A stretch of DNA of 64,000 nt from Tubiluchus corallicola (Eukaryota; Animalia; Priapulida): contig JAQGDQ010000727.1 in NCBI GenBank assembly GCA_030141605.1, forward strand, positions 1-64,000, read 5' to 3'. A program made the position numbers and the translations under genes. Shown piece after piece: positions 12,049-25,591 of this stretch. Under the pieces are notes generated by a model. That model saw only the letters and a list, made by a program, of their open reading frames with translations. It did no database searches and was not told where the DNA came from. The first letter of the stretch is position 1, and each line of letters begins with the position of its first letter.

Positions 12049-15000
12049 CAAGTAAGCAAGTAAGCAAGTAAGCAAATAAGCAAGTAAGCAAGTAAACAAG
12101 TAAGCAAGTAAGCAAGTAAGCAAGTAAGCAAGTAAGCAAGTAAGCAAGTAAGCAAGTAAGCAAGCAAGCAAACAAACAAGCAAGCAAACAAGTAAAAGTA
12201 AGTAAGAAAGTAAAGTAAAGTAATAAGCAATTTATTGTCATTATAGCATAATACATACAGTGAAATTTACGTGGTTTTACTAAATGCAATAACTTATGGA
12301 AACAACAAGGAGATTAACACAAATAATTCAGTCAGTTGTACAATGACATAGAGAATTAATATTGGAGATTTACTGAAATTTACTGTTGATATTGCGAATT
12401 GCAACGGGATAGAAGGAATTTAAAGTTCTTGTGGTTTTAGCGTTAATTTAGCGGAATCTATGACCAGAGGGGGAGCATTTCAAAATATTTATTAAGTGGA
12501 TGAAATTCATCTTTCATAATAACTTGCTCTTTCTTTGCGACCCTAGTTTCATACAAATGTGCCATTGATTGCTGTTCAATTCCTACAATTTTTGAGGCGG
12601 ATTTAACAACTTGATCAGGAGCCTTACGATCTCCCTGCGTGGTAGCGCCATACCAAACAAAGAGGGATTTTGTTAAGACGCTTTCGATTACTGCACGATA
12701 AAAACTCTCCATCACAGTAGGGGCAATGTTAAATGATTTGAGCTGTCTTAGAAATTACAAACGCTAGCGGGCCATTTTCACACAACAGAGCACATTAGCT
12801 TCCCATCGAAAATCATCTGAAATTTTTATTCCCAGATTTGAAATCTTTAACAATTTCTACAGCTGTATTATCTATAAGCAAAGGTGCTTTTCCATCAGTT
12901 TCTTTTCTAAAATCTACGATAAGTTTTTTGCTTTTAAAACATTCAGTTCGTAGTTATTCTGTTTGCACCACAGTGTTAAATTATGAACCTCCAAAAAATA
13001 ATTAGTCTCTTCGTTACTGCAAATAAGGCCAGCCGGTGTGGTATAATCGGCAAATTTCACTATCATAGTACTTGGGGAAGACGCCAACTTCACATTCATA
13101 TGTAAACAGTGTATAGAATTGGAGACAGGACGCGCCCTTGAAGAACTCCTGCATTAACCACCGTAGAAGTTGAAAAAAAGTTGAAAACTCGCGTAACGGT
13201 AAGTGTTTCCATTAGTTATCTAAACGATCTGTGATCGCCCTGTCGAGAACTCAAGAACGAAATTACTTAGCCTGTTTAGTATATTAAGTTCTGTCATTTT
13301 GTAATACAATTTTGGTGGCAGAATTGTTTTGAAAGCTGAACTGAAATCAACGAAAACGATTCTGGCATAACAATTACGTTTATCAAGGTGTGTTAGTACA
13401 TCTTGAACAACAAGAGCTACTGCATCGTCTGTGATGAACGATTAGCACGATATGCAAATTGAAATGGGTCCAAAAATGGTGAAACAACAGATTTCAGGAA
13501 ACGTAAGATCAAACGTTCTAATGTTTTGCGTAATACTGATGTTAAAGCCACAGGTCTATAGTCATTAAGTGTAGTAACTGGGCTTCTCCTTGGCACAGGA
13601 ATACATTGCTTAGGGAATTTACTGATTAGGGAATTTACAAATGCTTAAAGACCAATTATAATTACCAGTAAAAATATAGGTAAGTTGATCTGAGCAGTAT
13701 CGCACATGATCTGGTCCTGCTGATTTTTTAACTTTCAGTTTGGCAAACTGTCGCCCCACATCGTTTACTTGTATAACAACAGCTGGAGTGTTATTACAAG
13801 TTGACCCGTTCAAATATTCTAATGATGGTCCAGTTTCTTTATCAAAACGGCTATAAAATTATTCAGTTTATCCGGTAGAGTTGGGTCGTCTAAGTGAATT
13901 TTCTTTTATTTCGGTTTGTAAACTCTTTTAGTTCTCGAGTGTCATTAGACAAAAAGTCTTTGTTGTGGAGATCGCTGGCATCTATTAGAATTACATAGAA
14001 CATTCTAGAATGTTCCGCTAGAATAATCGTCTTGCCGTGTAGAATGTTCTGGAGTGGAACTTCTAGAAGCTTCTCGGGCACCCTATATAAGGCGAGGCAG
14101 GCCGCTGAGTCAAAGGCACACGGATTCACACGGACGCCACTTACACATTCTCTTGTATACTCGTATTTTCAGATACCCTTAAACGTTTTCCAGATTTTCA
14201 CGTTTACTGTAATCATTTCACGTTCCCTCATACTTTTGTGTTGTAGAATTCTCCCTTAATAAACTACTTTAATTTGGCGAAGTGTTTTCTACGAGCCTTC
14301 TGAGAGAAACAAAACGCAACAGTCTTGCTTCAAGTTGTTTTTAAAATCACGTTTGCCAGAGTTGATTGATTTCCGCAGATCATACTTCGTGTTTTTATAT
14401 TTCTCCTGGTCAATATAAGTATTGACCAGTATTGAAACAATGGTTAAGAATTTTGTGAAGCAGCACCCCCACTGATTTTAGCTACGGGCTGCCACTGTCT
14501 GTGACAAAAAAATTAACAAATTAACAAACAAATAAATGCAACAAAATTTTCAGAAAAACAATGAATTACTGAGAAGAAGTAATAAAAGTCAAAAAACTGA
14601 AAACAAACTATATAAGAGAAGCCAGACATTGTGAGAAATGAGTTCTAACCACGATAAATAAGTGAAGAAAATTTTAAAATTTTAAATTTGGATACGACAA
14701 AAGAGAAGTGAATGATGGTAAAAGAAATTTTATAATGGCTATGCCTCGTCGACATCATTCCCGCCAGTAGGAGCCACTGTGTCCGTAACGTCTTCATCAT
14801 TCACTTCAGCAGAATCAAGCTTTTTCTCAGCGCTATCTTTTACATTCATTTTTTCATCAGCGGTAACCATCTTCTCAGGACTATCCTGAGCACCAATACT
14901 TTCAGCAGAGGCAATCTTTCCTTCAGGGCTTTCTTCCACATTTTCTTTTTCAACAGAAATAACTTCCGTTTCATCATGTTTTTCTGCATCATCTTCTACA

Positions 15001-18000
15001 TTTTCTTCTTCAACAGAAATAACTTCCACTTCATCATGTTTTTCTGCATCATCTTCTACATTTTCTTCTTCAACAGAAATAACTTCCACTTCATCATGTT
15101 TTTCTGCATCATCTTTATCAGTAAAAGTATCCTTCTCTTCCACCCATTCTTCTGTCTCTCCTGCTTGAGCAGAGCCAGGAGTAACTTTTGAAGACTTCTC
15201 GCGTCTAACAATGAAAACCAGCAGAGCAACAGAAGCTACAAGGATTACCCCGGTGGTTAAACGCAGCAGCCAAATTCCTGTTGTTGACCATTCGGTTTGA
15301 CCTGCTCTTGCAAGATGTTTTAGTAGAAAATCACTTGGATTTGTTGGCACGTTTATTATTGCTTGAGCGTAACCACACCTTTCTTCATTTTCTGCATCTA
15401 CCGGTGTGATGCAAGCACTCAAGCCGACTACAAGTGTGCCATTTGGCTTTTGTTTCAGAGAAATTGTTCCGTCATTACTGATGTCGAATGCGTTCTTATA
15501 ATTAAGAAGAGCGTACAGAATTTGATCCTTTGCCTGACTTGGATACACAGCCTTTACTTGGCCTGCAGATGATCCAACTGCTCCGTTACTGTTTAGTTTG
15601 TAGATTTTTGAAGTGAACTCAGGATTTTTCGTCAACACCTGTTTAACTTTAACTGTAACAGCAACTTCGTTTATTTCTGTCCTGGTTTCCTCGTCCGTTG
15701 CTTCTATGATTAAATCATGATGGTCTGTGACTTCTGCATTTAACCTTGATTTTGTAACCACTCTTAAGCACGATTCATCCACATCAATATTTAATTCAAA
15801 TTCTTCTGCAGTTCTGCCATCTTTTGTTGCTAATGTGTATGAAACTGGCATTTGGGCTTTTCCTTTACTGGCAAATAGAATTACTACAACTGTACCGACA
15901 GGTTCGTGTTCAGATATCTCTGCTGAATATCCATCCTCATTGAATTCTACGTTACTTTGCCTGACTGTGATGGACAGAAGAGCTCTGTCATAATGGTCAT
16001 TATCTTCATCCTCTGTGGCTTGAATGAGAGCGTAGTAGTTAGCTTTTGCCGGAAGTTGCTTAGCGACGGTAATCCTTGCATCCGTTCTGCCAATTTTAAA
16101 CATGCCGTCGACTTGCTCTGAAAACGGGAAAGTAAAGAACACGGAATTTCCAAGGCCATCCTTGTCCGTGGCTTTTATGTTTGCCGGTTGTATCGTCAGA
16201 GTTGAGTGTGGTTCTTCGCTGTCTGCATTCGCCTTGTAAAATCTGTGAGCAAATTCGGGGTTTTCGTTATTAGTGTTAACTACAATTATCTTAAGCTCAG
16301 CACTCACGTATTTTGCCTCATAGTCATCTCGCGGAAGGCGGGAGTCTATTATCGCTACAATGTTCGTTTTTAGATTTTTTTTCACTTGAAAATCCAACTC
16401 TTTTCTCAGGTGAACTCCCAGTGATGCTTCCCCTGACGTAGCAGCTACACTCTTACTTTCAAAATATTCATCACCGTCACACGTAGGTGTTTGGTTAATT
16501 GGTGGTAAAAACGAAGGTACGCATAGAGTGAACCGTTGGGCTTCTTTGAAATAATCACCGTCTTTCGCTCTTGCGGTAAATATCTTTCTTCCAACAGGCA
16601 TCTCTTCGGACACGCGAAGAATCCGGTTTTTAGTATTAATGAAAGAGGGATTGCCCCAATCTATAGGTTTTACAGGAATGGTGAGTGTAACATCATGATA
16701 TCTGCGAGGATCTTCTCTGGGTTTCGGCCGATAATTGTACCATTGGATACCTGTGTTTTGAAGTTTAGTGACATACCAAGGCAAGCACTTGAACCTTACT
16801 GTAAGATTAACTAACATTGATTCAAATGCTTCAGGTCGGTGGGCCTCAAGGTATTCCTTAAAATGCTTCATTTGTTGCAGCTGAGCGCCATAAGGATCTT
16901 TCAGGCCACAATAGGGCCGAAACAATTTATTGTCATTCGGTGGTTCATTCGCCGGTTGGTAAAAGTGTACGGCAGGATAGATATGTACCGTTCCAGCTGC
17001 GGAACTGCGATACCAAGTTCTCGTTATGTCCGTGTTAATTTTCTGGTTTAGTCCTATCTCAAATTCCTTCCGTGTTTCAAGTTCATATGTCCAATCATCC
17101 CAATCACTCAACTTGGTTCTTCCTGGTTCGCCTGTCGGGTAACGTACTTTGTGTATGCACGCGGGCCCTGGCCACCTACCAACATGCTTCATCCGTGCTT
17201 TTACCTTTTCAATACTGACAATGATAAGAAGAACAGAAAACCGGACTACTTGTTTGCGTATCATTTCGCGAGGTTAATCCATTTCTTACAAGCTATTTTG
17301 TGCGAGATCTAACCAAGTTCATTCGCAATTTCAACATGTTGTTTGAAGCAGGCTTTAAATTCTACACACAACGTCATCTTTACTTAATGCCCACTGCAAC
17401 TTTAACAATAAATTTTAGAATTCTCTCTCGATTGTGATAAAGAGAACTTTTTGCGACCATACTATTGTTTCACCAGGCTACTAGGCCCCATTTTCTAGAA
17501 TATAAATCTATTTCCTTGCTCTTGTAAACAATTACTACGGTTTTAACAATGTGCCCTATAAATTGTGATCCTAGCATTATAGATAGGTAGATAAATAGCA
17601 GTGGCCGCTCGTAGCTAAAATTACTTTGGGTGCTGCTTCAGAAAAAATTTAGCCATTGTTTTAATATTGTGTAAAACTAAACAGACATAAGTAGTTTAAA
17701 TATTATAATTGTAATTTTAAACAACAAACGTACGAAAGTTTATACATACACTTGATGAAATCCTAATCAAAAATATTTTTTGCTTACGAGTAGCTTAAAT
17801 TGTCGCTGTTCAAGTTTGATCTATTCACGGTAAGCGCGTGACAACTGACAACAAACTGCGTGAGCAACAGTACTTTCTCTAACTGGGCTCAGACCTATGT
17901 GCATGGTCGCATGCGCACAACAGCCAAACACCGTGTTGCTGGAGCGTTGAGCGCACTGTGCTGGGCTGTGAAACGAACAGTACTACCCTCACTAGCTCTG

Positions 18001-18392
18001 GACCGTACAAGTACAAAGAAAGAACTAAAAAAAAAAATTTATTATATTAAATATTATCGATAATATTGAGTGAAAAAGGGGTGCTGCAGTTCCACACAGT
18101 ACATATACACTAAGCAAGTAAGTAAGCAAGCAAGTAAGTAAGCAAGTCAGTCAGTCAGTCAGTCAGTCAGTCAGTCAGTAACTAAGTAAGTAAGTAAAGT
18201 AAGTAAGTAAGTAAGTAAGTAAGTAGGTAGGTAGGTAGGTAGGTAGGTAGGTAGGTAGGTAGGTAGGTAGGTAGGTAGGTAGGTAGGTAGGTAGGTAGGT
18301 AGGTAGGTAGGTAGTAATGTAAGTAAGTAAGTAAGCAAGTAAGCAAGTAAGCAAGTAAGCAAGTAAGCAAGTAAGCAAGTAAGCAAGTAAGC

Positions 18393-18458
<66 letters not shown>

Positions 18459-18620
18459 TTAAGTAGGTAAGTAAGCAAGTCAGTGAGTCAGTCAGTCAGT
18501 AAGTGAGTGAGTGAATGAGTGAATGAGTGAGTGAGTGAGTGAGTGAGTGAGTGAGTGAGTGAGTGAGTGAGTGAGTGAGTGAGTGAGTGAGTGAGTGAGT
18601 GAGTGAGTGAGTGAGTGAGT

Positions 18621-18653
<33 letters not shown>

Positions 18654-21600
18654 TGGGTGAGCGAGTGAGTGAGTGAGTGAGTGAGTGAGTGAGTGAGTGA
18701 GTGAGTGAGTGAGTGAGTGAGTGAGTGAGTGAGTGAGTGAGTGAGTGAGTGAGTGAGTGAGGGAGTGAGTGAGTGAGTGAGTGAGTGAGTGAGTGAGTGA
18801 GTGAGTGAGTGAGTGAGTGAGTGAGTGAGTGAGTGAGTGAGTGAGTGAGTGAGTGAGTGAGTGAGTGAGTGAGTGAGTGAGTGAGTGAGTGAGTGCGTGA
18901 GTGAGTGAGTGAGTGAGTGAGTGAGTGAGTGAGTGAGTGAGTGAGTGAGTGAGTGAGTGAGTGAGTGAGTGAGTGAGTGAGTGAGTGAGTGAGTGAGTGA
19001 GTGAGTGAGTGAGTGAGTGAGTGAGTGAGTGAGTGAGTGAGTGAGTGAGGAGTGAGTGAGTGAGTGAGTGAGTGAGTGAGTGAGTGAGGAGTGAGTGAGT
19101 GAGTGAGTGAGTGAGGGAGTGAGTGAGTGAGTGAGTGAGTGAGTGAGTGAGTGAGTGAGTGAGTGAGTGAGTGAGTGAGTGAGTGAGTGAGTGAGTGAGT
19201 GAGTGAGGAGTGAGTGAGTGAGTGAGTGAGTGAGGAGTGAGTGAGTGAGGAGTGAGTGAGTGAGTGAGTGAGAAGTGAGTGAGTGAGTGAGTGAGTGAGT
19301 GAGTGAGTGAGTGAGTGAGTGAGTGAGTGAGTGAGTGAGTGAGTGAGTGAGTGAGTGAGTGAGTGAGTGAGTGAGTGAGTGAGTGAGTGAGTGAGAGAGT
19401 GAGTGAGTGAGTGAGTGAGTGAGTGAGTGAGTGAGTGAGTGAGTGAGTGAGTGAGTGAGTGAGTGAGTGAGTGAGTGAGTGAGTGAGTGAGTGAGTGAGC
19501 AATTTATTGTCATTATAGCATAATACATACAATGAAATTTACGTGGTTTTACGTACTGCAATAACTTATAGAAACAACAAGGAGATCAACACAAATAATT
19601 CAATCAGTTGTACAGTGACATAAAGAGTTAAACTTGGAGATTTACTGAAATTTACTGTTGATGGTGCGAATTGCAACGGGATAGAAGGAATTTAAAGTTC
19701 TTGTGGTTTTAGCGTTAATTTAGCGGAATCTATGACCAGAGGGGGAGCATTTCAACATACTTATTACCTGGATGGAATTCATCTTTCATGATAACTTGCT
19801 CTCTCTTTGCAACCTTAATTTCATACAAATGTGCCATTGATTGCTGTTCAGTTCCTAACCATGACGACAGTGATGTTCTTAATGTGCTGTATGCGATTAA
19901 GTTAAATTATAAATTTATGAAAAGACTTCTTAACTTATTAATAAGTTGCTTCAATTATAATTACTTGAAGAAAACCTAGAACAATGCAGAAATTCTTACT
20001 AATCCTGCTGGGAGGCAATGGAAAGATACACAAGATGGTTGATCAACTTCTAGTGGTGATATTTATCGTTTTTTCCACAGATGACAATGTTTGACATTTT
20101 TCGGGACAAGGTGCATAGACGCGTTCAGTTTCTCAGTTTTTCCATCCATCTATCTCTTATTCTCGGAGGTTGCAATGCGGTGAGACGAATTTTAATCATA
20201 TTGTGGTTTTATTCGTATCGTACCTGGGTTTGCCGGGAAAAAGCTACTGATACTAAACTAAGACAGCACGCGCCTAATTCAATAATATAGAATCAATCTG
20301 TCTACTTGTCTCAAAAATGTCCAGTTCGGGTCGTTCCTATGCAAATGTATATAAAAACTACCAGCAATTGACTCAAATAACTCCGCACAATTGATTGTAC
20401 GTTTTTGGTTACACTGATGTAAACAAAGTAACGGCCCGCCAACTAGCGGTCAGTTCGCGAAACAGTTTGCAGGACTTTTAACGGTTTAGATTTTGCCCAA
20501 TTTTTGCTATATACAAAGTAACGGCCCGCCAACTAGCGGTCAGTTCGCGAAACAGTTTGCGAGACATTTAACGGTTTAGATTTTGCCCAATTTTTGCTAT
20601 ATACAATGTGATGGCCCGCCAACTAGCGATCAGTTCGCGAAACAGTTTGCGGCACTTTTAACGGTTTAGATTTTGCCCAATTTTTGCTATATACAATGTG
20701 ATGGCCCGCCAACTAGCGATCAGTTCGCGAAACAGTTTGCGGCACTTTTAACGGTTTAGATTTTGCCCAATTTTTGCTATATACAATGTGATGGCCCGCC
20801 AACTAGCGATCAGTTCGCGAAACAGTTTGCGGCACTTTTAACGGTTTAGATTTTGCCCAATTTTTGCTATATACAATGTGATGGCCCGCCAACTAGCGAT
20901 CAGTTCGCGAAACAGTTTGCGGCACTTTTAACGGTTTAGATTTTGCCCAATTTTTGCTATATACAAAGTAACGGCCCGCCAACTAGCGGTCAGTTCGTGA
21001 AACAGTTTGCAGGACTTTTAACGGTTTCGATATTGCCCAATTTTTGTTATATACAACGTGACGGCCTGCCAACTAGCGGTCAGTTCGCGAAACAGTTTGC
21101 GGGACTTTTAACGGTTCAGATTCTGTGAGATTTTTGTGATATCCATAAAAGCGAAACCCGGGAAACCGAGATATGAGTATCTGGATAGGCCTCGTACCAG
21201 CTTAGCTAGCAGAATAATTATTTGCTTTGATTAAAGTTGAGTCTTTAAAGTCTACCATATTTAAAGTTAAACCAAGGCTCACTTTTATATATGCTTTTGC
21301 ACCTTAAAATCCTACTCTCGTTTCAAATTCTCTATTTCTTTCACTGTAAACTTATTGCAAAACTTGTTTTTCCTTTGTCATTCTATCACTTCCATGAAGA
21401 ACTGCCATTTTTCGTTGCGCGAGAACAGTCACGTGGTGACCAAAGATCAGTAACCAAGGACGCTCTCTGTACGTCGTACGCGAAACATGGCGATCTTTAC
21501 ACCAATGCAAGTAATTCACCAAAAACCAGAGACACTAACAGGAAAACATTTATTAACGAATTGTAATTTGACTACTGAAATTAGAAGGAAATATCCTAGT

Positions 21601-21988
21601 GTCTAATGTTATATAGAGCAACCAGGCATTTGAAATTTGCTCTCAAGTGGTACAAACTTTTCAAAACTAACAGTGGTTTTACTAATGTTTACTAGTCGCT
21701 TAAAACATCAAACTAAAATGTACAATCACTTTTTCAATGGTATAACGTTGGTACAACAATTTCATGTGCTAATATCATCCACCTGGTGAGAAATTCTTGA
21801 AAAAAACAATAAATGGACTGTAAATTTTCTGCTACACCAGTTTTTGTATTAATCATTGCATTTACACACTACTACTACTACTACTGCTACTGCTACTGCT
21901 ACTGCTACTGCTACTGCTACTACTACTGCTACTGCTACTGCTACTGCTACTGCTACTGCTACTGCTACTGCTACTGCTACTGCTACTG

Positions 21989-22054
<66 letters not shown>

Positions 22055-25000
22055 GTACTACTACTACTAGTGATGGAACCGTGCGGAAAGCCACTGTTAA
22101 CAATGAAATTGCTTCTTTTCTAATGAACGCTCAAAACGCTAAGAAAATCCAATATTCGAAACGACGAATTTGAAAGGTTGAAATTTCGCAAAAATGTGAA
22201 GACTTCAGATGGTTCGCACGATTTCGCGTACACACTATCCCATTTAAAATACAGGGATGGACAAATCATAGATAATAGATAGTATACAGCCCTTATTTGC
22301 CTGAACAGCAGGCCTACAGCTAAAAAAACTTACATTTAATAAAGTTCCTGCGTTGAGTAGTTGCAAAACAGTGGTGTCATCTTAATCAAGTTATCTTAAT
22401 TTCACATACTATTAACAAATAATAGTCTTTCTATCTTTTATATCATGTCATATATGAGCTTCATTCATTACATCATTCCATTTTAAGCACTAAATGTTTT
22501 TTTAGTCACACGATTCACTTTAAATTTTCAGATTATTTCCATTACTTTTTTTTTCTAACACTGTGTGGGACAATCTAACAAGCCCGGCTTTTTGATTGCC
22601 CGCAACACATTTACCTTCGTGTATAAGTGAACAGTGTTTGAGGCTTTTCCTGTGCAGTATTTCTTATTTGTATTATGTTCATTGTAGGCCCTTTCACTAG
22701 ATATTGTACATGAAACAATTGTAAATGTGTAATGTGAAATAAATGACTTATGACTTATGACTTACTTAGATGGTACTTAATCTTCCTAAATCTTACAGGC
22801 ACTGTTCTATTCGACTACCCATTTCACTCGCATTGGTCTAACACACACCCAAGCTGCATATCTAACTATGGGAATCGGAGGTTTGGATTTGATAGCTGTC
22901 CTGTGTGCCACCTGGAGTGTTGATCGACTGGGAAGACGAGGAACTCTCCTCACGGGAATTCTTGCATCTCTGATCCTGGCTATAGCGTTGACAACATCTT
23001 TATCTTTCCAGGTATCGCCATGTTTACTGCGTTCTTGTACATAGTTCATTAACAAACTACTTTTTACGTACCCGTCATGAATTAAAGGAAGACAGGATGA
23101 TTTTTCCTACACTACTCCGTTTTCAATACCGATAAAAACTATACATTTTAACGCAATTAATGCTGCAAAAGCGTTTCTGATAACTAAATAATAGATAAAA
23201 AAGTTAATTAATGGCGGGCAAGCCCAACTATTGATGACATCTCAAAATAACATAATTTTCAAGAACAAAAACATTGTTGCACGTGTTTGCGAAAGCGAAA
23301 ATTGAAGTACAGTGTTTCTGTGAGGTATTCAGTGTGTTGTACTAAAACTAGGCAAGTTTTAAATAAAAATTCAAATTTTAAATTTACCGCTGTGCTCACG
23401 CATCAGCTGTAGAATGTGTGTAGTTCGTCAGAAACTAACACATCTGAACTGAGAGGTACAGCCCCTGTTTCTGTGCAACGCTTTTCCAAAATGGAGGCGC
23501 TGGTACCCATCTAACTAGCGAAGGGCGAAATGCATGTAACAGCGAAGAACTAGTGGATGCGAAGGTGAATTTGCGTTTGTGAGGTAATAATTGTTTCACG
23601 TAAGTGATTTTTGAAAAAATAGTATGTTTCCTTTCAATATTTTAAAGAACAGATTGTTTTGACCTACAGTTTAAGATTGGGTCCGGTTTTGCTCTAAACA
23701 ACGAAATTAAATTCTGACATACGTTAACATCATTTCAGAAACTTCTGCATGATTATTTTGCAGTTGCTTTTTTATTTCAGGAGGTGAAATGGGTCAACAA
23801 TTACCTAAGTGTGATAATCATTGCCGTGTTCACAGCATTCGGAAATTTTGGACCAGGTGTGACGACACAGCACCGTTCTGTATCGCTACATGAATTCTTT
23901 TTCTTTCTGTACCTTTTGTAACTTCTTCAGCCTTTCAAATCTTGTCTATTAGATTTTTTGTTTAATAGATAAAGCAGCATTACAATTGCTTAAGATGTAC
24001 TACTGTAGAAAATTTCAACTATCCAGACACAACACTCTGATAAACTTTCAAAATAACCAATAAATACACAATCAATTAATAAACGTGTACGAAGTTTGAA
24101 AAAAACCCAATCGTCGAAGAATATTTACAGAATTTTAATGTACAATTTAAAATATTGAAATTACCACGCCATGTATGCGCATAAAAATCCTTCAGGACCG
24201 TTGAGTTTGCTATCTTTTGCATGGCTTTACGAAAAACTGCTCTCATTGAGCAGCATTTACAATTTTTGTAGGTTTCTACTCCTCACATAATAGATTTTCG
24301 TGCAAAATTTTACACTAAATGCATTAGCATACTTAAGACAAATTAAAAATCGATTTTTGTCGTATAAATTGAAAAAAAGTTTTCAGTAACTGCAGTGTTT
24401 GCACTGTAACAATGTACAGTATCGCTTGTGTGAAATCGGCTAATGCAGAAAATTTCAACTATCCAGACACAACAGTCTGATAAACTTTATCTTTAAATCT
24501 TCTTTATTTCTAAGGAGAAATTTCTGTTAAAAGATGAAACGACCTTAATTTCTCCTTCGCTGATTCCTTGGTTTTTCCTGGAATAGCAGCAGAACACTGC
24601 ACAGCTTGGGCTGTAGCAAGCAGGCGATCAATAAAATACTGTGTACGATCACGCAAGTATACACCAGACCAATTCACTCGATCGGCTATTTTTTACTTTC
24701 ATCCAACTAAGTCACTTATTAATGTTTAAACAAATAGTACGGTTAGATAGCCAGTACTCTCCAGAATAAAACAGTGCCTAATTTGTAATTTTTGTTTATT
24801 TTTATTTATTTATTTATTTATTTATTCATTTATTTATTTATCTATTTATTTATTTATTAGAGAAAATACTATTACGATTACATACAATTACACAAACTGA
24901 AAACAAAATTACTACAATTACTTTTCAAGTGAGCAATCAATTAGTGAACAAATGATGTAACTGCTTGCATCTGAGCTAAAAGCTGGAACTTGGTAAGCCC

Positions 25001-25559
25001 AGCTGCAATGCAAGGTGTGTTGTTTGAGGTTAGGGGAAGGACAAAAGAGATGTGCAATGAAAAGAGACGACATGGCGGTAAAATTAGGGTGTAAGTAAGC
25101 AATGTAAGTAGAAAAGGAGAAAAAACTAAAGCGACGAGATGATGATGATAAAAATGCAATGAAATGCAAGAATTTTCTCGTGCAAAGTGTCATAGCTCAT
25201 ACGGCTTCAGTTAAAATGGCTTCGCTTGCAGTTGCTGTATTTTATTTATGACAATATCCACTGAGACATTTTGCGCATTGATTAATTAATATTGTATTTT
25301 GAGAACCATGTGTCGAAATAAACTTGTGGCATCTTAACAAAATAGACCTGTTTATAAGCTACCCCGTCACACCTACACTGTTTATTTGTTTGTCTGTGTG
25401 TCTATCTGTTTGTCTGTCTGTTTGTTAGTCTGTCCGTCTGTCTGCCTGTTTGTCTGTTAGCTAGCTAGTTAGTTGGTTGGTTCGTTGGTTGGCTGGTTAG
25501 TTGGTTAATTGGTTAGTTGCTTAGTTAGTTAGTTCCTTAGTTAGTTAGTTACTTACTTA

Positions 25560-25591
<32 letters not shown>

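Larger units (their letters stand above)
12228..14411 (-). mobile_element. Decayed Rex1/Babar-like LINE (RT domain with frameshifts and stops), interrupted by a solo LTR
   Basis: Minus-strand peptides KSAGPD, NDYRPVALTS, DPFQFAY, IVFVDFSSAF, KFADYT, FYRAVIESVLT..WYG and HPLNKYFEMLP. The sequence resumes after the LTR (DQEKYKNTKYDLRKSI). Confidence 0.85.

Noticed and set aside
18171-19561. Long ORFs of LTHS/LLAY/IQIQ/poly-I/L type (also 1575-2004, 4898-5321, 11787-12289, 21813-22173, 28816-30098)
   Set aside because: They are translations of stop-free microsatellites.
22330-22770. Additional LINE 3'-UTR remnants (also ~24860-25360 and ~26620-27080)
   Set aside because: Hairpin-plus-tail patterns are suggestive but too decayed to bound or classify by eye.
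24007-24489. ~42-bp direct repeat at 24007 and 24448 (possible LTR or TSD)
   Set aside because: Too short for an LTR, too long for a usual TSD, and no internal coding or terminal motifs; left as an unexplained local duplication.
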